A program made the translations under genes and the position numbers. The notes beneath the pieces were generated by a model. It made no database searches and was not told where the DNA came from. It was given only the letters and a program-made list of their open reading frames with translations. DNA of 55,800 bases from Verrucomicrobia bacterium UBA6775. GTDB taxonomy: Bacteria; Verrucomicrobiota; Verrucomicrobiia; Limisphaerales; UBA1096. How positions within the stretch are numbered: the stretch's first letter is position 1; every line of letters starts with the position of its first letter. Where the stretch lies: contig DKGH01000136.1 in assembly GCA_002453165.1 (NCBI GenBank), positions 1,522-57,321 of the forward strand, in the 5' to 3' direction. Of this stretch, positions 44,228 through 53,324 are shown one piece after another.

Positions 44228-45709
44228 TTACTTGCTGGTTACCCCCACCTTGGCGGCGGTTTCAGCCCACTTGACCGGCTTGTTCGGGAGCAGGCCAAGG
44301 TAAAGCATCGCCGCCACACAGCACCCGAGCACGATGCGAACCGGCAGCCCAATGGTCACCGGCGGTGGAGTCGGTTCATCCGCTTTTCTCCTTCCCCAGA
44401 AAATCGTCCGGACGATCCCAAAGTAATAATAGATGGAAACGACCACGCCAAAAACAGCCACGGCCAGCAGTACAAAAAAGCAGGTGTTACCGAACGCTTC
44501 GGTGGCGACGGACTTGACCAGCAGGAATTTACCGAAAAACCCGGCCAACGGCGGGATGCCGGCCAGCGACACCGCAGCCAGCGTCATCGCGAACGCAAGG
44601 AACGGGGAGCGCTTGCTAAGACCGGAGAGGCAGGAGATGTCTTCGCCCTCACCCTCTTTCGTCAGCAGGTTGATGATCATGAAGGCAGCCATCACCGTGA
44701 ACAGGTAACCGGCAAGATAGTAGAGGATTGCCACGGTGCCCTCCTCCGACTGCGCCACAATGCCCATGAGCAGGTAACCGGCGTTCGCAATTCCGGAGTA
44801 GGCGAGGAGGCGCTTGAGGTTGCGCTGCGGCAGGGCGCAGAGATTTCCGTAAAGGATTGTCAGGGCAGAGATGACCAGCAATACGCTCGTCCATTCCGCC
44901 GTCACTTCCGGAACCGCAGCAACCAAAAGCCGAATCAACAAAACAAAACCGGCCGCCTTGGATCCCACGGCAAGGAAGGCCGTGGTTGGGGTCGGGGCAC
45001 CCTGATACACGTCCGGCGCCCAGACCTGAAACGGAAAGGCGGATATCTTGAACGCCAACCCGGCAAACAGGAACAGCATGCCGAAAAGAAACACCTTGCT
45101 CTGGATCAACTCGGACTGCTGCGCGTGCAAATCGTCGAACTGCAGGCTGCCCGCCACGCCGAACACCAGCGCGATTCCGTAAATCATGAACGCCGACGAG
45201 ACCGCTCCGAGAATCAGGTACTTCACCCCTGCTTCAAGTGAGTGGAGTCGGTGCCGCTGAAAACTAACAAGGATATAAAACGTGATCGTGATCAACTCGA
45301 TCGACACGAAAAGCATGCTGAAATCATTGGCCGACGCGGCGAACATCATTCCCGACAGGGCGAAAACGATGAACGAATAATACTCGGCCATGCCGGAGCG
45401 CAATCGCTCGGAAAAATCGACGGCGAACACGAGCACGAAAATTCCCGCGATCAAAAAGAAGCGTTTAAAAAACAGCGCCAGGCCGTCGACCTTGTAGCGC
45501 GAATTGAAAAACGCCTCGGTACTTTCGTTGACGAGCGCCGTGTATCCATCACGGAAACTGAGTAGGAACACCACGAACAAGCCAGCCGCGGACAGGTAAC
45601 CCAACAGGCGTCGACGCGACGGCGCCATGGCGAGGTCAGCAATCAGCACCAGCAGGCCAAGCGCCACCACCATCATTTCCAGTTGGACAAATTTTAGTTG
45701 ATCGCCCAT
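44228..45709 (-). CDS. nuoN: NADH-quinone oxidoreductase subunit N
   Basis: A polytopic antiporter-like subunit, last in the nuo gene order. Confidence 0.9.
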   Translation of the reverse strand: MGDQLKFVQLEMMVVALGLLVLIADLAMAPSRRRLLGYLSAAGLFVVFLLSFRDGYTALVNESTEAFFNSRYKVDGLALFFKRFFLIAGIFVLVFAVDFSERLRSGMAEYYSFIVFALSGMMFAASANDFSMLFVSIELITITFYILVSFQRHRLHSLEAGVKYLILGAVSSAFMIYGIALVFGVAGSLQFDDLHAQQSELIQSKVFLFGMLFLFAGLAFKISAFPFQVWAPDVYQGAPTPTTAFLAVGSKAAGFVLLIRLLVAAVPEVTAEWTSVLLVISALTILYGNLCALPQRNLKRLLAYSGIANAGYLLMGIVAQSEEGTVAILYYLAGYLFTVMAAFMIINLLTKEGEGEDISCLSGLSKRSPFLAFAMTLAAVSLAGIPPLAGFFGKFLLVKSVATEAFGNTCFFVLLAVAVFGVVVSIYYYFGIVRTIFWGRRKADEPTPPPVTIGLPVRIVLGCCVAAMLYLGLLPNKPVKWAETAAKVGVTSK

Positions 45710-45713
45710 GCCG

Positions 45714-47228
45714 CTATCTCCTCACAACCTCCACTTTTTCCGGCGCAGCGCCTTCCGGCTTGGCCAAGCGCACGATTTTTTCCACCTCGCCATTGATGCG
45801 CTTGGTTAACAGGTTCGGTGCAAAACCGAACACCAGCAACATCGCCAAAAGCAGGCCAAACGCTGTCGCCACCAACGGCTTGGCATCGGACGCGTTGTCC
45901 CAATCGTCGCCCTGTGGACCGTGTAAAATATTTCGGATAGCCCGCAGCATGTAGAGGCCGCCAATGACCAGCGCACTCCACGCGGCGATCACGGTGATGG
46001 TCTGAAAACCAGCCGACCACGCTGCAAAAAAGATGGTGATCTCTCCGGCAAAGTTGGCAAAACCCGGTAGACCGCATCCGGCCATCATCGCCATCAGCAA
46101 CGCCGTCCCGGCCAAGGGCATCTTGCGCAACAGACCGCCCATCCGTGTCATATCGAGTGATCGGTGTTGCTGATAGAGGTGGCCGCTCAAGCCAAACGCA
46201 AGTGCCGCAAGCAACCCGTGGGCGATCATCACCAGCACCGCGCCGGTCAACCCGATGACGTTAAGGCTGGCGATACCCAAAAAGATGAAGCCCATGTGCG
46301 CCACACTCGAGTTACCGATCAGCAGGTTCAAATCCTTTTGCCGTACAGCAACCAAGCCACAAAACAGGAGGTTGGCCAAGGCCAACCAAGCCATCACCTC
46401 GAGCCAGCCTTGCGCCCCGACCGGTGCCATCGGGATCGCCACGCGGATGAGTCCGTACAAACCGAATTTTTTCAGCACCCCGGCGTGCAGCATGGCGGTG
46501 GCCGTGGGTGCGGCACCGTAACCGAGCGGTGCCCATGTGTGAAACGGCCAAAGTGAAACGAGAATACCAAAACCAAACATCAGCAGCGGAAAAATCCACT
46601 GTTGCGCGGATTCCGTGATCGGTTTCTCCTCCACCGCTTTCATCAAATCCGGAATACTGAATGATTCTGCACCGGTTTGCACGTAGACGCCAATCAAGCC
46701 GATCAACGCCAGCAGCGCCCCGAAGCTCAAATAAAGCGTTATTTTGTAGGTGGCGTAATTCCGGTTCTGCCCCCTGCCCCACACTCCGATCATGATAAAG
46801 GTCGGCACAAGCGCCAGCTCGTGGAAAAAGTAAAAGAAAAACAAATCCATCGAGGCGAACGCACCGAGGATACCGCAGATCATGAGATTGAGCAGAAAGT
46901 AAAATTCCTTGATACGATGCGTGACATCACCCGCACAACAAACCGCCGCAAACGCCACCACGGCTCCCATGAAAATGATCCCGATGTTGATGCCATCCGC
47001 CGCCAGGTAAAATTTCAAACCAAGGCTCTCCACCCAGGTCCATTCAGTTACAAACTGCAAACCACCATTTGGATCGAACGAACAAAAAGCAATTAGTGAG
47101 AGCAGAGCCGTCAACCACGATGCGCCAAGTGTGACACCTCGGATGGCACCGATCCGGTCGCCGGGAATGACCCCAACCACCAGACCCGCTAATAGCGGCA
47201 GCATCACTATGAAAAACAGGTAGTCCAT
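45714..47228 (-). CDS. nuoM: NADH-quinone oxidoreductase subunit M
   Basis: Antiporter-like subunit with the HTWAPLGYGAAPTATAMLHAGVLKKFG block. Confidence 0.9.
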   Translation of the reverse strand: MDYLFFIVMLPLLAGLVVGVIPGDRIGAIRGVTLGASWLTALLSLIAFCSFDPNGGLQFVTEWTWVESLGLKFYLAADGINIGIIFMGAVVAFAAVCCAGDVTHRIKEFYFLLNLMICGILGAFASMDLFFFYFFHELALVPTFIMIGVWGRGQNRNYATYKITLYLSFGALLALIGLIGVYVQTGAESFSIPDLMKAVEEKPITESAQQWIFPLLMFGFGILVSLWPFHTWAPLGYGAAPTATAMLHAGVLKKFGLYGLIRVAIPMAPVGAQGWLEVMAWLALANLLFCGLVAVRQKDLNLLIGNSSVAHMGFIFLGIASLNVIGLTGAVLVMIAHGLLAALAFGLSGHLYQQHRSLDMTRMGGLLRKMPLAGTALLMAMMAGCGLPGFANFAGEITIFFAAWSAGFQTITVIAAWSALVIGGLYMLRAIRNILHGPQGDDWDNASDAKPLVATAFGLLLAMLLVFGFAPNLLTKRINGEVEKIVRLAKPEGAAPEKVEVVRR

Positions 47229-47229
47229 T

Positions 47230-49047
47230 CTAACTCAACGCAAACACCAATACCGCAGCCAAGCCGGCGGCAAACCAGAAGGCGTACGTCTGCAGGTTGC
47301 CGGTCTGGGCCAGGCGCAACACACGCCCAGCAAACTCGGTCGAGCCGTGCGCGCCACGAACCAGCAGCCCGGCGATGATCCATCGGTCAATGATGTCGGC
47401 CAGCTTGGCCAAGCGCTCCTGCACCTTGTCGATGAACCATTGATAAATTTCATCGAACCAAAACCGGGCCTTCATCGCTCTGGCAATAAAACCAAGCCTG
47501 ACCGGCAACGGATCGTCGGTTGCATTTCGATAAATCGAGTTGGCCAACAGAGCACCGAACACCACCGCGATCAACGAGGCGAACAGGATCAACGGATCCG
47601 GCGCGTGCATATTGAAGTAACCGGCGACCACCGACGGCACAGCGAGGATCAACAGCGGCAAGGTCATCACGACCGGACTTTCCTTCGCGTGCTCCGCGTG
47701 TTTCGAGCGCGGCTCGCCGCAAAACGCGACAAGGAACAATCGGGTCATGTAAAACGTCGTCAGCACGGCCACCGCGACTGCGATCAAAAACAACGGCATA
47801 CTCTCCTTGTACGCCACTGTGAGGATCGCTTCCTTGCTGAAAAAACCACTGAACAACGGCACCCCGCACAGCGCCAGTGTACCGATTAAAAAAGTCCAGT
47901 ATGTCCTCGGCATCCGCCTGCGCAGACCGCCCATTTTCCAGATATCCTGTTCATGGTGGCAGGCGTAGATCACCGACCCGGCCCCGAGAAACAGCATCGC
48001 CTTGAAAAAGGCGTGGGTCGTCAGGTGAAACATTGCTGCATCAGTTCCGGCGACATTGGTGATTTTATAATAGTCGCTATTAGTCTCTCCGCCCAACCCC
48101 ACCACCATCACCATGTAGCCCAGTTGCGAAAGCGTTGAGTAGGCGAGGATCCGTTTGATGTCATCCTGCTGAACCGCCATGAGAGCGGCCATAAGAGAGG
48201 TGATGCCACCGATCCATGCAATCGCCTCCATCGCCCATGTGCCCTCAATCAGGAAAAACACACGGCACAACATATACACGCCAGCCGCAACCATCGTCGC
48301 CGCGTGAATGAGTGCGCTAACCGGGGTCGGGCCCTCCATCGCGTCCGGCAGCCAGACGTGAAGAGGTGCCTGCGCGGACTTGCCTATCGCACCACAGAAA
48401 ATCAGAAAACCGGCCAAGCCACAAAGTACCGTCGCCTTCTCCTTTTCCAGAACATCAAAACTAACCGAACCGAACGCCGCCCACACCATGAGGATACCCA
48501 GCAGAAAACCGAAATCCCCGACGCGGTTCGTCATGAACGCCTTTTTCGCCGCATCGGCTGCGCTTGGTTTATCAAACCAAAAGCCGATCAACAGGTAACT
48601 CGAAACGCCGACCAACTCCCAAAAGATGAACATCATCACGAAGTTGTCGGCCAACACGATGCCGAGCATCGAAAAAATGAACAAACTCAGGAAAGCAAAA
48701 TAACGGGAGAAGTCGCGATCCTCCTTCATATAGCCAAGCGAGAAAATGTGAATCAGGCTGCCAACGCCGGTCACAACGCAGAGCATGAGTTTGCTCAACC
48801 CATCGATCTTCAAACCGATGTCCACACTTAGTCCATCTAACCGCAGCCAACTGACCTTAGGACTTGGACCTTGCCCATCTGGGAACTCCGAGCCGTTGGC
48901 CACCATAACAAATGTCAGGATAAATGACCCCACAACTGCTGCGATGGATATGCCCGCGCTGATCGGTTTAGAGCGGAACGCACCAATACCGATCGTCACA
49001 GCTGAAATCAGCGGCAGCAAGAAGATGAGCCATGCAGCGAGTTCCAT
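47230..49047 (-). CDS. nuoL: NADH-quinone oxidoreductase subunit L
   Basis: FWELVGVSSYLLIGFW and HVWLPDAMEGPTPVSALIHAATMV, plus a long C-terminal amphipathic arm. Confidence 0.9.
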   Translation of the reverse strand: MELAAWLIFLLPLISAVTIGIGAFRSKPISAGISIAAVVGSFILTFVMVANGSEFPDGQGPSPKVSWLRLDGLSVDIGLKIDGLSKLMLCVVTGVGSLIHIFSLGYMKEDRDFSRYFAFLSLFIFSMLGIVLADNFVMMFIFWELVGVSSYLLIGFWFDKPSAADAAKKAFMTNRVGDFGFLLGILMVWAAFGSVSFDVLEKEKATVLCGLAGFLIFCGAIGKSAQAPLHVWLPDAMEGPTPVSALIHAATMVAAGVYMLCRVFFLIEGTWAMEAIAWIGGITSLMAALMAVQQDDIKRILAYSTLSQLGYMVMVVGLGGETNSDYYKITNVAGTDAAMFHLTTHAFFKAMLFLGAGSVIYACHHEQDIWKMGGLRRRMPRTYWTFLIGTLALCGVPLFSGFFSKEAILTVAYKESMPLFLIAVAVAVLTTFYMTRLFLVAFCGEPRSKHAEHAKESPVVMTLPLLILAVPSVVAGYFNMHAPDPLILFASLIAVVFGALLANSIYRNATDDPLPVRLGFIARAMKARFWFDEIYQWFIDKVQERLAKLADIIDRWIIAGLLVRGAHGSTEFAGRVLRLAQTGNLQTYAFWFAAGLAAVLVFALS

Positions 49048-49048
49048 C

Positions 49049-49357
49049 TTAAAGTTTCATCGTCGCCAAATCCTCCACCTCGGCGGTTTGGCGTTTTCGG
49101 TACAGGGCTACGATCAGCGCAAGACCAACTGCCACCTCGGCAGCAGCCACGGTGATGATGAAAAACACCATAACCTGCCCGTCCAATTTTCCGTAGAATC
49201 GCGACATGGCAACCAGCGCCACATTCGCACTATTGAGCATCAACTCGAGCGACATGTAGATGATCAACAGGTTACGCCTCACGATCACACCCAACAGGCC
49301 GATCGAGAACAATGCCCCACTTACCAACAGGTAATGACTCAAGGTGGGTTCCATCAT
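49049..49357 (-). CDS. nuoK: NADH-quinone oxidoreductase subunit K
   Basis: A 102-aa protein with three TM segments. SLELMLNSAN ... AAAEVAVGLA. Confidence 0.9.
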   Translation of the reverse strand: MMEPTLSHYLLVSGALFSIGLLGVIVRRNLLIIYMSLELMLNSANVALVAMSRFYGKLDGQVMVFFIITVAAAEVAVGLALIVALYRKRQTAEVEDLATMKL

Positions 49358-49866
49358 CGCAGTTCCTTTTTACTCAACAGAATTGCCCCGATCATTGCAA
49401 CTAACAACAAGATCGAGACAATCTCGAACGGCAGTATAAATCCGTTATCTTTACTGAATAGCCCTCTGGCAAGCGCTTCCGTACTACCAACAACTACTTC
49501 ATCAACGGCTTCGACATCTTCATAGGTAGCCTCGACCGAACTCTTATAGACTCCAAACAAAGCCCCCACAGCAACAAAGCCCATCACGAGGCTAACAATC
49601 CGTAGCTTCCGCCGGGCTGTTTCCTGAACGTCCAGCAGCATGATGACAAACAGGAACAGAACCATCACCGCCCCGGCGTAAACTAGGATCTGCACAGCAG
49701 CGAGGAAATACGCATTCAGCAGCACAAATAGCCCGGAAATAGAGATCATCGTAGTAACGAGAAACATCGCGCTCGTCACCGGGCTTCTGCTCAAAGGGTT
49801 CACCACAACTAAGAGCGCGCTCAGCACGGCCAGCACAGCGAAGATGTTGAACAAAATGGATTCCAT
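49354..49866 (-). CDS. nuoJ: NADH-quinone oxidoreductase subunit J
   Basis: Position and TM pattern support it (AAVQILVYAGAVMVLFLFVIML). It overlaps nuoK by 4 nt. Confidence 0.85.
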   Translation of the reverse strand: MESILFNIFAVLAVLSALLVVVNPLSRSPVTSAMFLVTTMISISGLFVLLNAYFLAAVQILVYAGAVMVLFLFVIMLLDVQETARRKLRIVSLVMGFVAVGALFGVYKSSVEATYEDVEAVDEVVVGSTEALARGLFSKDNGFILPFEIVSILLLVAMIGAILLSKKELR

Positions 49867-49871
49867 TTTCT

Positions 49872-50486
49872 CTAGTGAAACTCAGCTTGGTTTTTAGCGT
49901 CCTGAGTTTTCTTTTCCCACTTTTTGATGCCCTCATCAACACCCTCCTGAACATGGTGATTGTAGGCACGTTGATCCAATCCACCTAGCGAGAGTAATTT
50001 CTCCTTGTCGTAAATTAACTCCTCACGATTCTCCCCAGTGATAACATAATCCTTGAGTAAAAAAATTGCCTCCTCTGGGCAAACTTCTTGGCAAAAACCA
50101 CAATAAATGCAACGGAGCATATTGATATCAAATGCTTCGGGCATTTTTTCCGCCCCCTCCCGATCAACATCACCGTCTCTTCCAGGCGGCGTAATTCGAA
50201 TGGCCTTAGGAGGACAGACAAATTCGCATAGCTGACAAGAGACACACTTCGTACTGTTGTCGACATCCTTTACCAAATAAGGCGCGCCGCGATATCCGGT
50301 TGGCACAGGCCATTTTTCCTCCGGATACTGCATCGTCGTCTTGGCGGCAAAATTAGACTGTTTGTCCGCGTAAACCTCAGATCGTTTCCATGAAAAAAAG
50401 TGCCGCATCGTTACCTTAAACCCGTTCAGTATCGAAGGGATATAGAGACGCTCAAGCCAGCTTAGTTTTGCACGTTTTACTTTCAT
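49872..50486 (-). CDS. nuoI: NADH-quinone oxidoreductase subunit I (2x[4Fe-4S])
   Basis: CVSCQLCEFVCP and CIYCGFCQEVCP ferredoxin motifs. Confidence 0.9.
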   Translation of the reverse strand: MKVKRAKLSWLERLYIPSILNGFKVTMRHFFSWKRSEVYADKQSNFAAKTTMQYPEEKWPVPTGYRGAPYLVKDVDNSTKCVSCQLCEFVCPPKAIRITPPGRDGDVDREGAEKMPEAFDINMLRCIYCGFCQEVCPEEAIFLLKDYVITGENREELIYDKEKLLSLGGLDQRAYNHHVQEGVDEGIKKWEKKTQDAKNQAEFH

Positions 50487-50495
50487 TTACGACCT

Positions 50496-51626
50496 CTACG
50501 CTGCCGCCCAAAGCACAATGGCGGTCAGGATAATGTTTGCCAGGCTTACCGGCAGGAACCGTTTCCAGCCGATATTCATCAACTGATCATACCTAAAACG
50601 CGGCAACATCCATCGTACCCAGATCATTAGACCAAGAAAAACAGCGATTTTGCCTATAAAAACGAGGATGTGAATAATTCCCTGAACAAGCCCTTGAGCT
50701 GGAGTATTAAAATATTCTCCAAATGGTAGAGTCCAACCTCCACAAAACAGTACAACCATCAGAGCAGATCCAGCTATCATAGCAGCATATTCACCCATAA
50801 AAAAAAGGGCGAATCTCATTGAGCTGTATTCCGTGTTGTATCCTGAAACCAATTCAGTTTCAGACTCCGGAAGGTCAAACGGAAGGCGATTGGTCTCTGC
50901 GAAAATTGAAATAAGAAAAATCCAAAAGGCAATAGGCTGTTTAAAAATCAACCAGCTAAATAGGCTGTCACTCTGATAAGCAACCACACTGGAAAGATTC
51001 AACAACCCTGTGCCCTCAAGGTATGCCTTCCAGTCTGACGTTAATCCATCACGCCAAGCTGGATCCGCAGCAAGCATAAAAACAGGAACTACCGACATGC
51101 CCATCGCAATCTCATATGAAATCATCTGAGCACTAGACCGAATCCCACCCAGAAAAGGATATTTAGAATTTGCTGAATAGCCAGCTAATACAATGCCGTA
51201 AACACCCAACGAAACTATACCGAAAGTAAAAAGTATACCTACGTTCAAATCGGCGATTACCATTTTCTGCATCCCCAGCATAGAACCAAACGGGATCACA
51301 GCAAAGACGATGAACGACGGAGTCATCGATACAGCAGGTGCCATCCAGTAATAAATTCGCTTCACATGACCCGGTGTGAAATCTTCCTTCAAAAACGACT
51401 TTAGACCATCAGCCAAAGGTTGACCCAGACCTAGCAACTTTATATTTGTGAATGGGATTCCTACCCGGTTCGGCCCGACTCGATCCTGAATAAACGCAGA
51501 AATACGCCGCTCCGCAACCACCGAATAAGCCACCATAGGCATCACCACCGCGAACACACCCAGCACCTTGATGGCCACGATCAGCCACGGGTGGTTGGTC
51601 AGCAGTTCTGTGATAAACTCCGGCAT
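50496..51626 (-). CDS. nuoH: NADH-quinone oxidoreductase subunit H
   Basis: VAERRISAFIQDRVGPNRVG and ETNRLPFDLPESETELVSGYNTEYS. The ATG at 51626 overlaps the nuoG stop by 1 nt. Confidence 0.9.
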   Translation of the reverse strand: MPEFITELLTNHPWLIVAIKVLGVFAVVMPMVAYSVVAERRISAFIQDRVGPNRVGIPFTNIKLLGLGQPLADGLKSFLKEDFTPGHVKRIYYWMAPAVSMTPSFIVFAVIPFGSMLGMQKMVIADLNVGILFTFGIVSLGVYGIVLAGYSANSKYPFLGGIRSSAQMISYEIAMGMSVVPVFMLAADPAWRDGLTSDWKAYLEGTGLLNLSSVVAYQSDSLFSWLIFKQPIAFWIFLISIFAETNRLPFDLPESETELVSGYNTEYSSMRFALFFMGEYAAMIAGSALMVVLFCGGWTLPFGEYFNTPAQGLVQGIIHILVFIGKIAVFLGLMIWVRWMLPRFRYDQLMNIGWKRFLPVSLANIILTAIVLWAAA

Positions 51627-53323
51627 TACAACTTTACGTCTGCACCGAGATCGCCTAGGCCAGCCCAAGTCAGTTCAGCCTCCTTGAACGACTTCACCTC
51701 GCCGGCCATATGGTTGAACAAACCCTCGATACTCTTGAATCCGTCCAACCCGGTCACGTTGTGAACAAGCTCGTGCAGCACCTCCCATTCCGGCAGTGCG
51801 TCGCCAGGCGGTTCCAATGCCTTCATGAATTTCTGTACTCGGCCCTTCACGTTAGTAAATGTGCCGCGCTTCTCCGCATGCGCACAACCGGGAAGTAAGT
51901 AATCCGCCAACTTTGTGGTTTCGTTCGGCAGGATGTCACTTACGATGAGTGTGACATTATTCAGCAAATTTGAATCAATGCCGTACTTCGTGACGTCCTC
52001 ACCAAAAACAATCAGAGTCTTCACCTTGCCATCTCTGATACTCTTCGCAATCGACGACAGTTTCGAGCCCACGCGCTTGGTCGTAATCCCGGTGAGCTGC
52101 GCCCCGGTCGTGTTAGTGTTCCGGTCCTCGACGATCATTAGGTGATCTGCCTTGCCACGGCGCGGTACAGAATCAGTCGTCGCACCCAGGTGCTTTGCCA
52201 AGTGGTTAAGCAGGTAAAGCTCTTCATTGGTTTGCCTAGCTGAAGCCACAATCGCAACTGAACCTCTTTCAACGGAACCAAGGTGCTCGGATATTTCCTT
52301 AAGAACCATGGGCCAAGGGATGGCACCCTTTGGGCTTTTGATCGTATTTAGGCGATCCTCACGCCCAATCCACTTATAGTTCAATCGACCAGAATCACAC
52401 ATCCAATGACCGTTTACCGCATCGTTTTGCCGAGGCTCATAACGGTACATCTTATTCTCACGGGAACCGATCAACACGTTGCAACCACTGCCGCAGTCAG
52501 TACAAATACTTTTGGTTTCCTTTAAAAACCAGACACGCATCTGGAATCTAAAATCATTTGATGTCAATGCCCCAACCGGACATATGTCCACAGTGTTTAA
52601 GGTATAATTGTTATTAAAAGACTCTCCGGGATAGGTGGAAATTGTATTATAGCTACCACGATTCACGATACCCAACGCATCATCTCCAACTATATCCTTT
52701 GTAAAACGAATGCAGCGGGTACATAGGATACACCTCTCAGCATCTAGAGTTATTCTTGGGCCCAAATTTACTGCCTTGGGTTTATGAACTTTAAACTCCT
52801 CAAACTCACTCTTAGCTTGACCATGATCATACGAGTACTCCTGCAATTTGCATTCACCAGCTTGATCGCAAATCGAACAATCGAGAGGGTGATTGATGAG
52901 CAAGGATTCCATTATTGCCTCGCGCATCTCCTTAGTCTCAGGGCTACTCGCGTAAATTTCCATTCCTGGAACAAGTGGAGTGGCGCACCCTATTACTCCT
53001 CGTGGTGTCTGAGGCTCATAGGGCAACTGCATCGGGAAAACCTTGGGTGAACCATCATCATTCATAGGGGCCTTTCCGTCAGGGCCGGGGCGCCCCGGCA
53101 TAGCCACGTGAACGAGGCACATTCGGCAATTACCCGACACGGGTAATTTTGGATGATAGCAATAATGAGGAATCTCGATTCCTACCTGCTTACAGGCCTG
53201 CAAAACGGTGGTCGGCTCAGGTTTCCCCTCCCAATTCGGAGTCATGCGGGGAACTTCGACGGGGCGCCCATCCACCTTCACCGTCACGGTTTCGACTGCC
53301 GGTTTTATGTCCTTGGCCGCCAT
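51626..53323 (-). CDS. nuoG: NADH-quinone oxidoreductase subunit G
   Basis: N-terminal 2Fe-2S and 4Fe-4S cysteine motifs (CYHPKLPVSGNCRMC, CSICDQAGECKLQ, CILCTRCIRF). The ATG at 53323 is preferred over the track start at 53380. Confidence 0.85.
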   Translation of the reverse strand: MAAKDIKPAVETVTVKVDGRPVEVPRMTPNWEGKPEPTTVLQACKQVGIEIPHYCYHPKLPVSGNCRMCLVHVAMPGRPGPDGKAPMNDDGSPKVFPMQLPYEPQTPRGVIGCATPLVPGMEIYASSPETKEMREAIMESLLINHPLDCSICDQAGECKLQEYSYDHGQAKSEFEEFKVHKPKAVNLGPRITLDAERCILCTRCIRFTKDIVGDDALGIVNRGSYNTISTYPGESFNNNYTLNTVDICPVGALTSNDFRFQMRVWFLKETKSICTDCGSGCNVLIGSRENKMYRYEPRQNDAVNGHWMCDSGRLNYKWIGREDRLNTIKSPKGAIPWPMVLKEISEHLGSVERGSVAIVASARQTNEELYLLNHLAKHLGATTDSVPRRGKADHLMIVEDRNTNTTGAQLTGITTKRVGSKLSSIAKSIRDGKVKTLIVFGEDVTKYGIDSNLLNNVTLIVSDILPNETTKLADYLLPGCAHAEKRGTFTNVKGRVQKFMKALEPPGDALPEWEVLHELVHNVTGLDGFKSIEGLFNHMAGEVKSFKEAELTWAGLGDLGADVKL

Positions 53324-53324
53324 G

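Noticed and set aside
374-47415. Interpreting the palindrome copies or their tandem dimers as a CRISPR array, MITEs or transposon terminal inverted repeats.
   Set aside because: There are no regularly spaced repeat-spacer units and no cas genes. Copies are only 10-14 bp (25 bp for dimers) and have no conserved flanking sequence or target-site duplications. No transposase is present in the window.
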